Positions 1 to 8,977 of a DNA stretch of 37,279 bases are shown piece by piece. The translations under genes were made by a program, and so were the position numbers. The notes under the pieces are model-generated. The model was not told the origin of the DNA, made no database searches, and was given only the letters and a program-made list of their open reading frames with translations. The stretch is taken from assembly GCA_020354065.1 (NCBI GenBank), contig CP070640.1, positions 720,043-757,321 of the forward strand. Direction: 5' to 3'. Numbering within the stretch: position 1 is the stretch's first letter; every line of letters starts with the position of its first letter. This DNA comes from Candidatus Bathyarchaeota archaeon. Its GTDB lineage: Archaea; Thermoproteota; Bathyarchaeia; TCS64.

Positions 1-2
1 TC

Positions 3-455
3 GGGGCCATCATCTCCATCGTCGGCTTCATCGTGACCTTCATCCTGAACTTCGCAGCCATCGACATGGCAAGGGACGCCTACATGAACCAGCCCATGGA
101 CCTGGGCAGGAGCTTCAACTACGCCCTGGGCAGGATAGGGACGTTCTTCGTGGCCGCCATCGTGGCGGGGCTGATATCAATAACGATCGTCCTAATCCCG
201 GTGGCCATCCTCATCATGGTCGTCATAGTCATGGACGAGAGGGGTATCGCCTACGCCATCTCCCAGTCCTTCAGCGTCCTGGGCCGGGACCTGGGGGATG
301 TCATCGTGCTCCTCGTCGTCGCGATCATCGGCTACCTCCTCCTTGGCTGGGTCCCCCTGGTCGGGGGCCTCCTCACAGCCTGCTTCGGCGTGGTCATTGA
401 CCTCGCGTTCATCGACGTCTACTATCAATACCAGAGAGCGTTCATGGACTTCTAA
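3..455 (+). CDS. multi-pass membrane protein, 5'-truncated at window edge
   Basis: The reading frame is open from nt 3 (GAIISIVGFIV...) into ORF 33..455. It has several hydrophobic helices and GC3-rich codons. No family recognised. Confidence 0.55.
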   Translation, partial: GAIISIVGFIVTFILNFAAIDMARDAYMNQPMDLGRSFNYALGRIGTFFVAAIVAGLISITIVLIPVAILIMVVIVMDERGIAYAISQSFSVLGRDLGDVIVLLVVAIIGYLLLGWVPLVGGLLTACFGVVIDLAFIDVYYQYQRAFMDF

Positions 456-472
456 GCCGGCGACACTGCCTG

Positions 473-1387
473 CTACATGGCCCTGAGCCGTTTTATCCGC
501 TCATCGATGGGCGGGTGGGTCGCGTACAGGGCGTCCAGGGCGCTCTTGTTGGGGTCGACGAAGAAGATGTGGCTCACCGCCTCGCTCACGTCCATCTCCC
601 CCCGGTTGTGGCCCCTGATCTTCTCCAGTGCCGAGGCGAGGCCCTCGGGGTAGCGGGTGAGCTCGGCGCCAGAAGCGTCTGAAAGATACTCCCTCCGCCT
701 GGAGACGGCGAACTGGACGATGCGGGTGAGGATGGGCGCGAAGATGGCGAGGAAGAAGCCCACGGCCAGGATGGCGATCTCGATGCCTCGGCCCCGTTCA
801 TCTCTCCCCCTCCTTCTGCCTCCTGTGTAGGCCCTGAACCTGTAGGTCCTGAGGATGACGTGGCTGAGGATGGCGGCGAGGCCCACGAAAACAGCGACCA
901 GGGTCATGAAGGTGACATCCCGGTTCCTGATGTGGCTCATCTCGTGGGCCACCACCCCCTCCAGCTCCTGCCTGTCAAGGATCTCCATCAGGCCCGTGGT
1001 CACGGCGACGCTGGCGTGCTCGGGGTCCCTACCCGTGGCGAAGGCGTTGACCTCATCGCTGGGCACAACGTAGACCTGGGGGGGCGGGATCCCCGCCGCG
1101 ATGCTCAGGCCCTCCACGGTGTCTCTGAGGTGTAGGTACTCCCGGCCCTCGGCGGGCTTGGCCCCCGTCGCCCTAAGCACCACCTGGTCCCCGTACATGT
1201 ACGAGCTGTAGGAGTAGCCGACCACGACGAGCAATGTGAGAGGGAGAACCACGATTAGGTACCCGGGCGCGAGGAGGTAGCTGAGGATGGAGGCGAGGGC
1301 GACTACTATCACCGATAGAGTGGAGGCGAGAAGGATGGAGCTCCTCTTGTTCCTGGCGATCTCGTCCCGGAAGCTTAACCTGCCCAT
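473..1387 (-). CDS. htpX: HtpX-type zinc metalloprotease (peptidase M48)
   Basis: HExxH motif (VAHEMSHIRNRD), a downstream EYLSDASGAELT segment and four TM helices. The start overlaps the lemA stop (TGATG on the minus strand). Confidence 0.9.
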   Translation of the reverse strand: MGRLSFRDEIARNKRSSILLASTLSVIVVALASILSYLLAPGYLIVVLPLTLLVVVGYSYSSYMYGDQVVLRATGAKPAEGREYLHLRDTVEGLSIAAGIPPPQVYVVPSDEVNAFATGRDPEHASVAVTTGLMEILDRQELEGVVAHEMSHIRNRDVTFMTLVAVFVGLAAILSHVILRTYRFRAYTGGRRRGRDERGRGIEIAILAVGFFLAIFAPILTRIVQFAVSRRREYLSDASGAELTRYPEGLASALEKIRGHNRGEMDVSEAVSHIFFVDPNKSALDALYATHPPIDERIKRLRAM

Positions 1388-1938
1388 CAGAACTCCACTT
1401 TGGGCAGCTCTCGGTCCTCCTCCGGGATCTCGAGGAACTCGTGCTTAGGCCTGCCGCCGGCGAACCAGACCCCGGGTATCGTCGAGATGAGGTTGTTGAA
1501 GTTGAGGATGGTGCTGTTGTAGTACTGGCGGGCGTAGGCGATCTTGTTCTCGATGCCCTCAAGCTGCTCCTGGAAGAGCTTGAAGTTCTCCGAAGCCTTC
1601 AGGTCGGGGTAGGCCTCCGCCACCGCGAAGAGGCCTCGCAGCGCCCCGGTGAGGGCGTTGGAAGCCTCCATCCGCTCCCCCCGGGTCCCGGTCACCATCC
1701 CAGCCCGGGCCTCTGCGATCTTCTCGAAGATCTCCCTCTCGTGGGAGGCGTAGCCCTTGACCGTCTCCACCAGGTTCGGCACCAGATCGAACCTCTTCTT
1801 CAGCTGGACGTCGATCTGGGCCCAGGCCTCCTCGATGCGGTTGAAGAGGATCCTGACCCGGTTGTAGTAGGAAACGAACCAAGCAGCTATGATAACTGCG
1901 ATGATTCCAATCGCGAGTGGTATGATATAACCGTTCAT
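1387..1938 (-). CDS. lemA: LemA family membrane protein
   Basis: N-terminal TM helix followed by a LemA-like helical domain (WAQIDVQLKKRFDLVPNLVETVKGYASHE, YYNSTILNFN). It forms the classic LemA-HtpX gene pair. An AT-rich box (ttatttattaatttatt, 1969-1985) lies upstream. Confidence 0.88.
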   Translation of the reverse strand: MNGYIIPLAIGIIAVIIAAWFVSYYNRVRILFNRIEEAWAQIDVQLKKRFDLVPNLVETVKGYASHEREIFEKIAEARAGMVTGTRGERMEASNALTGALRGLFAVAEAYPDLKASENFKLFQEQLEGIENKIAYARQYYNSTILNFNNLISTIPGVWFAGGRPKHEFLEIPEEDRELPKVEF

Positions 1939-2059
1939 GATAGATTCCTATTAACGGAGCGTTGGAGATTATTTATTAATTTATTGAAGACCAAGGATGG
2001 AGTCAGGCCAATCCTGACGGTCTCGGAAGGTTCTTTGGCCAGGATTCCGCTCGTGAACT

Positions 2060-2779
2060 TCACGCTAGGGTGAAGTAGACGACCCTCCCGCCCTTCCGCT
2101 GCTCCTGGAGCTCAAGTTTCTCCAGGCGCCCGATCTCCCCGGTGCTCCTGACGTGGGTTCCGAAGCAGAATGTGAGGGCGTACCCCGAGATGTCCACCAT
2201 CCTGAGCCTGTCGATGTTCCGGGGGATCTTCTCAAGGAAAGCCCGTTTCCTCTCGTCGCCGTCCACGTCCAGCTCCTCGCGGCTCGTGTGGTAGATCCTC
2301 ACGGGGGCGTCCTCGTCAACGATCTCGTCGAACTGGGCTTCCACGCGCTCCACGGTCTCCTCGTCAAGGTTTGAGGGCCTGAACTCGAGGCGCTCAAGGT
2401 CGGAGTAGACTTTGGGCCCCGCGCTGGCTTCTTCGAAGAGGCCTGTGAGGAGGTGCTCGGCACTGTGTCGCCTCATGTTGTAGAACCTGGGTTCCCAGTC
2501 GATGACGCCGTGGATTTGGGCGCCGACGAGGATGTCCTCGGTGGTGTAGTGGAATATGTCCCGGCCCCTCTTCATCACCTTGCGGACTCCGACCTCCCCG
2601 CCCTCGTGGATGAGGATGCCGGTGTCGGAGGGCTGCCCGCCGGCCTCAGGGTGGAAGGCGGTGCGGTCCAGCACCGCGAACCTGGGCCCGGCCCTGACGA
2701 CCTCGGCGTCGAACTCCTTGATGTAGCTGTCCTGGGCGTAGAGAGGCTCTGAGGTGTAGTAATCGTTGGCTGAGCTCAT
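2060..2779 (-). CDS. alaX: alanyl-tRNA editing protein AlaX (AlaX-M type)
   Basis: HxxxH zinc motif (HSAEHLL) and a CxGTH motif (CFGTHV), typical of the Ala/Thr-RS second additional domain. The 239-aa size fits AlaX-M. Confidence 0.85.
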   Translation of the reverse strand: MSSANDYYTSEPLYAQDSYIKEFDAEVVRAGPRFAVLDRTAFHPEAGGQPSDTGILIHEGGEVGVRKVMKRGRDIFHYTTEDILVGAQIHGVIDWEPRFYNMRRHSAEHLLTGLFEEASAGPKVYSDLERLEFRPSNLDEETVERVEAQFDEIVDEDAPVRIYHTSREELDVDGDERKRAFLEKIPRNIDRLRMVDISGYALTFCFGTHVRSTGEIGRLEKLELQEQRKGGRVVYFTLA

Positions 2780-2888
2780 TGTATAAGCCCCTTATACTGG
2801 TTCTCTAGCACACATATGAAAAAAGGTTGGCTCTTGAAGGCTCACACATCTTCCGTAAATCAAAAAATAAAGGTTGGAAAGCTAGGGG

Positions 2889-3290
2889 TTATTTCAGACC
2901 CGTCTTCCCCAGCTGCCTCATCATTATGAATATGACGAAGGCGATTATCAGGAAGTCGAGCAGCGCACCTGTGAAACTCCCCACGGCCAGAGGGATCGGT
3001 CCCAAGTTCAGGACGGCCTCCCTCCATCCCCCATCGCGGATGAAGACGCCGATCACCGGCATGATGATGTCTGAGACGAGGGCCGAGACGAGCTTGCTCA
3101 CCGCCCCACCCATGATGAAGGCGATAGCCAGACCGATGACCCCGTACTTGTTTAGGAACTGGACGAACTCCTCCACAAACCCCTTCGGGGGCGGCGGGGG
3201 AGGGGCGGGCTCCTCCGTTAGCACCTCCCTGATCCTCCGGAGCTCCCCCAGCATCTCCCCTTGGATTCTTTCCTCGGACAGAGACTCCAC
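2889..3290 (-). CDS. mscL: large-conductance mechanosensitive channel MscL
   Basis: FLNKYGVIGLAIAFIMGGAVSKLVSALVSDIIMPVIG matches the MscL TM1 signature. Two TM helices, 133 aa. An N-terminal extension contains a PPPPPP run. Confidence 0.85.
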   Translation of the reverse strand: MESLSEERIQGEMLGELRRIREVLTEEPAPPPPPPKGFVEEFVQFLNKYGVIGLAIAFIMGGAVSKLVSALVSDIIMPVIGVFIRDGGWREAVLNLGPIPLAVGSFTGALLDFLIIAFVIFIMMRQLGKTGLK

Positions 3291-3343
3291 CAGAATTGAG
3301 TATCTAACGGGCGTAAAAGAATAGTGCGTTTTTCAGAGGAACC

Positions 3344-4420
3344 CTACTCGACGTGGCAGCGGAGCATCATCTTGCCGAAGACCTCCCCGGAGATGCAGTC
3401 GCCGCAGGAGATGCACTTCGCCTCAGGCTGCCCGGCCTTGAGGAGCCTGACCAGATCCGGCTCTCGGATGAAGGGCCTGCTCATTGAGACCAAATCGGCC
3501 ACATCCTTCTCAATAATAGCCTCCATGCATCCCCGGCTCCTGATGCCGTTGACCAGGGCCAGGGGCGTCGGCTTTGTGGCGGCCCTGATCTTGACGGCGT
3601 GCCCCGCGAAATTCGCCTCGGAGAGGTCGGGATCCTCGGATCTGGCCCTGGTCCTCAGGGCTTCTTGGTGACCCAAGCCCCCTCCGCTAATCTCGATGGC
3701 GTCAAGGCCCCTCCTGCAGATGGCCTCGGTCACCCTGACGCTGTCGTTGATGGTGAAGCCTTCCGGGGAGAAGTCGTCGCAGTTCATCTTGAGGAGAACG
3801 GGTGTGCAACCCCCCACCCGGGCCCTTATCTCGTCGTAGACCTCGTTGAGGAGGCGCATCCTGTTCTCGAGGCTACCACCGTACTCGTCGGTGCGGCTGT
3901 TGGCGAGGCTAGAGAGGAACTGGGAGACGAGGTAGCCGTGGGCCCCGTGGATCTGGACCCCGTCGAAGCCCGCGTCCATGGCCCTCCTGGCGGCCTCCCC
4001 GAAAGCGTCGACGATCCCGTGAATCTCATCGGCAGCGAGGGCCCTGGCCATCCAGCGCTCCGTTTTATATTCGGAAGGGCCGGTCCTGTCTACCCTGCTG
4101 GTGTATCCGGCGTGGTTGAGCTGGGCGACGATCTTCTTGCCGTGCTCGTGGACCGCGTCCGTGAGCTCCCGGAGCTTAGGGATGTGGAGGTCGCTGCTCA
4201 GCCCCGCCATCCCAGTGTGCGCCTTCCCGGAGTCCGAGACGTAGAGGTGGCCCTTCACGATGAGGCCGATGCCCCCCTCGGCGAGGCCACGGTAGAGCAT
4301 TATGATCTCTGGGCGGACGACGCCCTGCGGGTCTGACCAGTAGGAGGTGGTCGCGGACCTCACGAAGCGGTTCCGGATCTCCATGCAGCCTATCCTGTAC
4401 GGTTCAAACAGAACGGACAT
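3344..4420 (-). CDS. NADH:flavin oxidoreductase, Old Yellow Enzyme family, with C-terminal Cys cluster
   Basis: OYE TIM-barrel hallmarks (RNRFVRSATT, QLNHAGY, DGVQIHGAHGYLVSQFLS, RTDEYGGSLENR). The C-terminus CISCGDC...C resembles the Fe-S linker of 2,4-dienoyl-CoA-reductase-like enzymes, but no FAD/NAD domain follows. Confidence 0.8.
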   Translation of the reverse strand: MSVLFEPYRIGCMEIRNRFVRSATTSYWSDPQGVVRPEIIMLYRGLAEGGIGLIVKGHLYVSDSGKAHTGMAGLSSDLHIPKLRELTDAVHEHGKKIVAQLNHAGYTSRVDRTGPSEYKTERWMARALAADEIHGIVDAFGEAARRAMDAGFDGVQIHGAHGYLVSQFLSSLANSRTDEYGGSLENRMRLLNEVYDEIRARVGGCTPVLLKMNCDDFSPEGFTINDSVRVTEAICRRGLDAIEISGGGLGHQEALRTRARSEDPDLSEANFAGHAVKIRAATKPTPLALVNGIRSRGCMEAIIEKDVADLVSMSRPFIREPDLVRLLKAGQPEAKCISCGDCISGEVFGKMMLRCHVE

Positions 4421-4482
4421 GGGTTAAACCTCTAGGGTTCTGGGGCCAAGTGGTTTATGTGTTGCCGAAGGGGTAGCGCGTA

Positions 4483-5316
4483 TCAATGGGCGCCGCCTTC
4501 CGGGTACATTTTCTTCTTGGCGGCCTCCGTCAGGTAGTAGTCAGGTAGGAAGTATGGGGGCTGGTCGACTCCGCCGAAGGGCATCGGCCTCGGTAGCAGG
4601 TGCTTCGTCTCTTCGAGGCCCTCGATGACCGCCTCGAGCTGGCCGCCCGGGATGCAGATGAACATCTCATCGTCCTGGACGATGGAGCTCACCCTCTCGC
4701 CCCTGCAGGGAAACCCGACGGAGGGCCTCCTGGAGAGGTAGCTGCTCGCCATCCCCTCAATGCAGACGCCGTACTTCCCTGCTGTAGAGATCTCCAGCCT
4801 GGGGGCGTTGCCCCAGAGGTAGGCTTGGAAGATCTTGAGGATATCCAGAGGGTTCCCGTAGAAGACCACCTGGTCGATGTCCAGATTCATCTTGTCTAGG
4901 GGCGCGACCGCCACAGCCCTCACTGTGCCGTATTCGATCCTCGGCAGGGTCTGGAACATCTCCCTGCAAAGGGCCGAGTCCCTCCTCACGCCGTCCCAGA
5001 CGCCTATTTCCCCAGAGCTCATCGCCTCGTCGAAGGGGTGGAACCCGACCGCCATGGTTCCTATGTTGCAGGCCGAGTCCTCGGGGGTCGAGAAGACCTT
5101 CCGCCCTTGGTGCCTCGCGATCCCTACGAGTTGGCAGACGTTGAGCGGGTGGCGTGGCCTGTAGAAGCCCTCCTCGACCAGCTCCCACTCCAGCTCCTCG
5201 TCGATGGATGGGAGGTACCTCACCGCTACCGGATGGGTCTTGAAGGACAGGAGCTGCTTGAGGTGATCGTACTGTTCAGAGCTATCTGCCATCCCTCTTC
5301 CCTCGAATCTGGTCAT
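4483..5316 (-). CDS. DUF169-like protein (family call tentative)
   Basis: 277-aa ORF with good codon bias. HPVAVRYLP and CQLVGIARHQGRKVFSTPEDSACNIG resemble DUF169/COG2043 from memory. The start may instead be Met9 (5292). Confidence 0.55.
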   Translation of the reverse strand: MTRFEGRGMADSSEQYDHLKQLLSFKTHPVAVRYLPSIDEELEWELVEEGFYRPRHPLNVCQLVGIARHQGRKVFSTPEDSACNIGTMAVGFHPFDEAMSSGEIGVWDGVRRDSALCREMFQTLPRIEYGTVRAVAVAPLDKMNLDIDQVVFYGNPLDILKIFQAYLWGNAPRLEISTAGKYGVCIEGMASSYLSRRPSVGFPCRGERVSSIVQDDEMFICIPGGQLEAVIEGLEETKHLLPRPMPFGGVDQPPYFLPDYYLTEAAKKKMYPEGGAH

Positions 5317-5385
5317 CCATGCGTGAGCGATATAAATATCTTTACGGGGCTTTTCAGTGCCTCACCGGGGAGGGGCGGCTCCATC

Positions 5386-5823
5386 TCAGCTAAGGTCGGC
5401 GGTATGCTCCCGGATCCTCTCGGCGATCTGGGAAAGCTCCTCCCGGCCGATGTGCCTCTGGGGCCTCGCGATTCCCTGGATGATGCCCCCTCTGTCGCTC
5501 CTCGATCTGGGGATGACATGGATGTGGATGTGGGGCACCTCCTGGCCGCTCTCCTGGCCGTTGTTGATGCCGATGGTGCTCGCTGGGGCGCCTACGGCCG
5601 ACTGGATCCGGCCCACGAGGCGGTGGAGGACCCTGAACAGAGCGGAGGCGTCCTCCTCGGACAGGTCCTCGATCCTAGAGACGTGGGTCTTGGGGATGAC
5701 GAGGGTGTGGCCTGGGGTGGAGGGGTGGATGTCGAGGAAGGCGAGGGCCCTCTCGTCCTCGTAGACCTTTTCAGAGGGGATCTCTCCCCTGATGATCCTG
5801 CAGAATACGCATTGCCCGGACAT
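5386..5823 (-). CDS. HIT family (histidine triad) nucleotide hydrolase
   Basis: Histidine triad HIHIHVIP, an N-terminal CVFCRI zinc motif and GHTLVIPK. Confidence 0.9.
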   Translation of the reverse strand: MSGQCVFCRIIRGEIPSEKVYEDERALAFLDIHPSTPGHTLVIPKTHVSRIEDLSEEDASALFRVLHRLVGRIQSAVGAPASTIGINNGQESGQEVPHIHIHVIPRSRSDRGGIIQGIARPQRHIGREELSQIAERIREHTADLS

Positions 5824-5858
5824 TCTCTGCCGTAGGTAGGTCGAGAGCCTTGAAAGGA

Positions 5859-6953
5859 TTATCTGCCACGCCCCTTCCGGAGGGCTCTGAGGACGCCGTT
5901 GGGGCAGAGCTCAACGCAGCAGAAGCACTGAATGCAGCTGGGGTCGTGGATCTCCGGGTTCCCGTGCATGGTTATGGCCCCGCCTGGGCAGACCGTGGCG
6001 CAGACGCCGCAGCCCGTGCACCTCTCGCTGTTGCACTCGATGGCCATCCTGATGTCGATGAATATCTTGCCGTCCGAGTGGGTCTGCGGCCTCTTGAAGG
6101 GTCGGACGGCCTTCTCGACTGGGAGGCCGACCACCTCGATCTCTTCAAGGGAGGCGTGGCCTAGCCCCCTTTCCACCGCGAGGAAGCTGGTGCCGACCTC
6201 CATGGGGTCCCAGCCCATGACGGCCGATGCCACCAGATCGACGGCCACGGCGTCCTCCCCGGCGATGATGAGGCCAAGATCGACCGGGTCGCCTGTTGTG
6301 GGCCCTTCTCCCTCCATCGCGACGACGGCGTCCACGACGTTCAGGCGGACCCGCCCCCTGATGGCCTGATACAGATCCACGAGCAGGCGGCTGAAGCCCT
6401 CGGGGTCGTTGCCGGTCTGGATGTGGTGGTGGGCTTTGATCCCCCCTTGCTGGAGGCCGAAGAGGTTCTTGACCGCGCAAGTCAGCTTGGTGAGGGTGTG
6501 GGTCTTGAGCTTGGGGGTGTTGATGATGCCGTCGCACTCTACGGCGAACCGGGGGAACCAGAACTCGTGGACGACCTCGGCCTCATGGTTCTCGACCTTG
6601 ACCGGCTCCTCCCTGTCGAGGACGTTGACCTCCACGCCCGCCTCCCTGCACAGCTCCCTGACTCCGAGGCCGTCGAAGACTATGTCCGGCCTGGTATAGG
6701 ATGCGGTGGCCGGGCACTCCCCCACGACAGGCGCAGCCCCGGCCTCCTTGACCATCCCGGCCAGGGTCATGAAGACCCGGGAGTCGGTGGTGGCTCCCCT
6801 GTCAGCGGTTATCGCGATGAAGAGGTTGGGTTTGATGAGATAGGTCCCGCCCGGCCTCACGAACCTCTCGATGCCGCCCAGGAGGTCTACTGCCTCCCTG
6901 ACCGCCTCCTCGACGTCGTCCTGGGTTCGGACGATGGAGACGCGCGGCTTCAT
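5859..6953 (-). CDS. DUF362 domain protein fused to 2x[4Fe-4S] ferredoxin domain
   Basis: YLIKPNL followed by a DUF362-like core. The C-terminus has CTGCGVCATVCP and CIQCFCCVELCP ferredoxin motifs. Confidence 0.8.
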   Translation of the reverse strand: MKPRVSIVRTQDDVEEAVREAVDLLGGIERFVRPGGTYLIKPNLFIAITADRGATTDSRVFMTLAGMVKEAGAAPVVGECPATASYTRPDIVFDGLGVRELCREAGVEVNVLDREEPVKVENHEAEVVHEFWFPRFAVECDGIINTPKLKTHTLTKLTCAVKNLFGLQQGGIKAHHHIQTGNDPEGFSRLLVDLYQAIRGRVRLNVVDAVVAMEGEGPTTGDPVDLGLIIAGEDAVAVDLVASAVMGWDPMEVGTSFLAVERGLGHASLEEIEVVGLPVEKAVRPFKRPQTHSDGKIFIDIRMAIECNSERCTGCGVCATVCPGGAITMHGNPEIHDPSCIQCFCCVELCPNGVLRALRKGRGR

Positions 6954-7034
6954 GTTTTACAGATTCAGGTCGGGGGGATAAAAAAGAGTTGAGTGGGGAG
7001 ATGTAAACCGAAATATGGCGCCGTCCGAACCACT

Positions 7035-7421
7035 ATGTTGATGAGCAGCCCCGAGTTCAAGCTGGTCTTCGTTTACAACGCCGACAGCGGTCTCTACGAG
7101 GCCATGGTGGACGGCCTCAGGAAGCTGGTGGCTCCCATGACCCAGGCCTGCAGACTCTGCGCCCTCACCTACCAGGTTGCCTGGATGAGGCCCGCTTGGA
7201 GCAGGTTCGTTCGCAGCCTCAGCATACAGGTGGAGTTCCTCCACAGGGACGAGTTCAAGGAGCGATACGGGGATGTGGAGGTCGGGTCCCCCTCAGCCTT
7301 CATCGACAGGGGAGGTGATCTTGAGCCCTTCATCAGTAGCGATGAGATGAATGCTACAGAGACCCTGGATGACCTCATGAATGTGATCAGGGATAGACTT
7401 AACGAGCGGGGGTTGGGCTGA
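7035..7421 (+). CDS. conserved hypothetical protein with CxxC motif
   Basis: KLVFVYNADSGL...ACRLCALTY...EFLHRDEF. I recall homologues of unknown function in bacteria. I chose the ATG at 7035 because the AT box gataaaaaag (6977-6986) is too close to the GTG at 6993. Confidence 0.6.
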   Translation: MLMSSPEFKLVFVYNADSGLYEAMVDGLRKLVAPMTQACRLCALTYQVAWMRPAWSRFVRSLSIQVEFLHRDEFKERYGDVEVGSPSAFIDRGGDLEPFISSDEMNATETLDDLMNVIRDRLNERGLG

Positions 7422-7480
7422 GCCGTCCGATATTGCATGGGTAGAAACGTGATATGCCGCTTAAGAAAAAAGGAAAAGAT

Positions 7481-8326
7481 CTAGTCTTTGAAGGCGTCCG
7501 GGACGGGTATCGTCTTCCAGGTTTCGATGAAGTCCACGAAGAACTGGACCCCCTCCTCGAACATCTTTTCCCCCTCCTCCGGGCTGGCGGTCCGGGGGTC
7601 GTTGGTGCCGTAGACGCCGCTGGAGGTGAAGTCGATGTTCACCGGGGGCATGCATGCCGATCTCACCTGGCTGACCAGCTCGAAGTCCTCCCTGTCGGGG
7701 TCCATGAACTCGAAGAGCCTGGGGTCCATCTCCAATGTTGGCTCCCAGCCTTCTAGCCTCCATATCTCTACCAGCTCGGGGAAGAGGTGGAGGGCGGCCG
7801 AGGTCTCCGTCGGCCCCGAGTGGACATCCCAGTAGCGCTTCTGCCTGTCCTCCAGCTCCTGAGCGAGCTCCGTCTTGCTGGGTCCTCTGGGTGTTGCGAC
7901 CATCACGTTGTAGTAGTTCTTGGCGAGCCGGGCCGCGAGGCGGTAGATCTCCTCGTTGCCACCGTGGTGGTTGGAAATAATGAAGCGCTCCACGCCGTGC
8001 TCTGCGAGGCTGGCGACGGTATCCATGATCACCGCCAGGAGGGTCTCCTCCCTGAAGGTAACGGTGCCCCTGAAGCCCATGTGGTGGGGCGAGTACCCCG
8101 GCCAGCAGGGGTGGAAGCAGACGCTGTTGGTCCTCTTCGCGATCTCGTAGATGAAGTGCCTTGCTCCATGGCTGTCCATTCCTAGGGGCAGATGGGGCCC
8201 GTGCTGCTCTATGGAGCCGACGCCGATAATCACGACGGGGGCGGGCTCGTTGTCCAGCCAGTCCTCGAAGGCGGGGCGGGTCAGCTCGTGGAGCCAGAAC
8301 CTCTTGAGCTTTCCGTTCTCTGACAT
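7481..8326 (-). CDS. creatininase family amidohydrolase (ArfB/MftE-like)
   Basis: GSIEQHGPHLPLGMD metal-binding motif, plus HGG and GPTETS segments typical of the creatininase fold. Confidence 0.8.
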   Translation of the reverse strand: MSENGKLKRFWLHELTRPAFEDWLDNEPAPVVIIGVGSIEQHGPHLPLGMDSHGARHFIYEIAKRTNSVCFHPCWPGYSPHHMGFRGTVTFREETLLAVIMDTVASLAEHGVERFIISNHHGGNEEIYRLAARLAKNYYNVMVATPRGPSKTELAQELEDRQKRYWDVHSGPTETSAALHLFPELVEIWRLEGWEPTLEMDPRLFEFMDPDREDFELVSQVRSACMPPVNIDFTSSGVYGTNDPRTASPEEGEKMFEEGVQFFVDFIETWKTIPVPDAFKD

Positions 8327-8333
8327 GATCTCA

Positions 8334-8369
8334 CCGGATATTCTCCTGCGAATCCGGATTTAACGGATT
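8334..8369. promoter_or_regulatory. CCGGAT repeat cluster including the 10-bp palindrome AATCCGGATT
   Basis: CCGGAT at 8334-8339, AATCCGGATT at 8351-8360 and CGGATT at 8364-8369, in the divergent spacer between the creatininase and DNPH1-like genes. Confidence 0.3.
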
Positions 8370-8441
8370 CTACCTTAATTACAGGAAGTAACAATAAGGG
8401 ACCCGTACAGACGGCCCAGAACAACGAGGTGGAACCTAACC

Positions 8442-8855
8442 TTGAAGATCTACTTCGCAGCCTCCATCCGAGGAGGGGGGATCGACCCCGAGACCTGCAG
8501 GGAGATGATGCGGCATCTCAAGGGACACGGGACAGTGTTCACAGAGCACATCTGCGAGGAGGCCGGGGGCAGGGACGACCGGGATCCCGACGCGGAGATC
8601 TATGAGAGGGACATCCGCTGGCTCAGGGAGGCAGACTTGATGGTGGCCGAGGTCTCAACGCCCTCCCTCGGAGTGGGCTACGAGATCGGGAAGGCTGAGG
8701 AGTGGGGGAAGAGGATCCTCTGCCTCTACCGCAGGGGCTCCCCTTGGAGGCTCTCCGCGATGATTGGGGGGAACAGGAGCCTCGTGGTCAGGGAGTACCG
8801 AGAGCTCCAGGAGGCCTTTGCGCATATCGACGAGTTTCTCAAGAGCCCTTTGTGA
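8442..8855 (+). CDS. nucleoside 2-deoxyribosyltransferase-like / DNPH1(Rcl)-like N-hydrolase
   Basis: KIYFAASIRGG N-terminus and VSTPSLGVGYEIG match the DNPH1 pattern. TTG start, with GAGGTGG 9-15 nt upstream. Confidence 0.7.
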   Translation: MKIYFAASIRGGGIDPETCREMMRHLKGHGTVFTEHICEEAGGRDDRDPDAEIYERDIRWLREADLMVAEVSTPSLGVGYEIGKAEEWGKRILCLYRRGSPWRLSAMIGGNRSLVVREYRELQEAFAHIDEFLKSPL

Positions 8856-8977
8856 CGTCTCAGGCCCATGATCAGTGCTCGTATTAACTGGTTGACATAT
8901 ATTCAAAAGAAAGCGCGCGCTACCTCACGCTGATCAAATTTCAATATGCACAATTAGACAAAAAACCGTTCAACTGT

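Noticed and set aside
2780-2888. Short direct repeat AAAGGTTGG (twice) in the alaX/mscL spacer.
   Set aside because: It is only 9 nt in an AT-rich promoter context, with no symmetry. It is likely a chance or promoter-composition effect.
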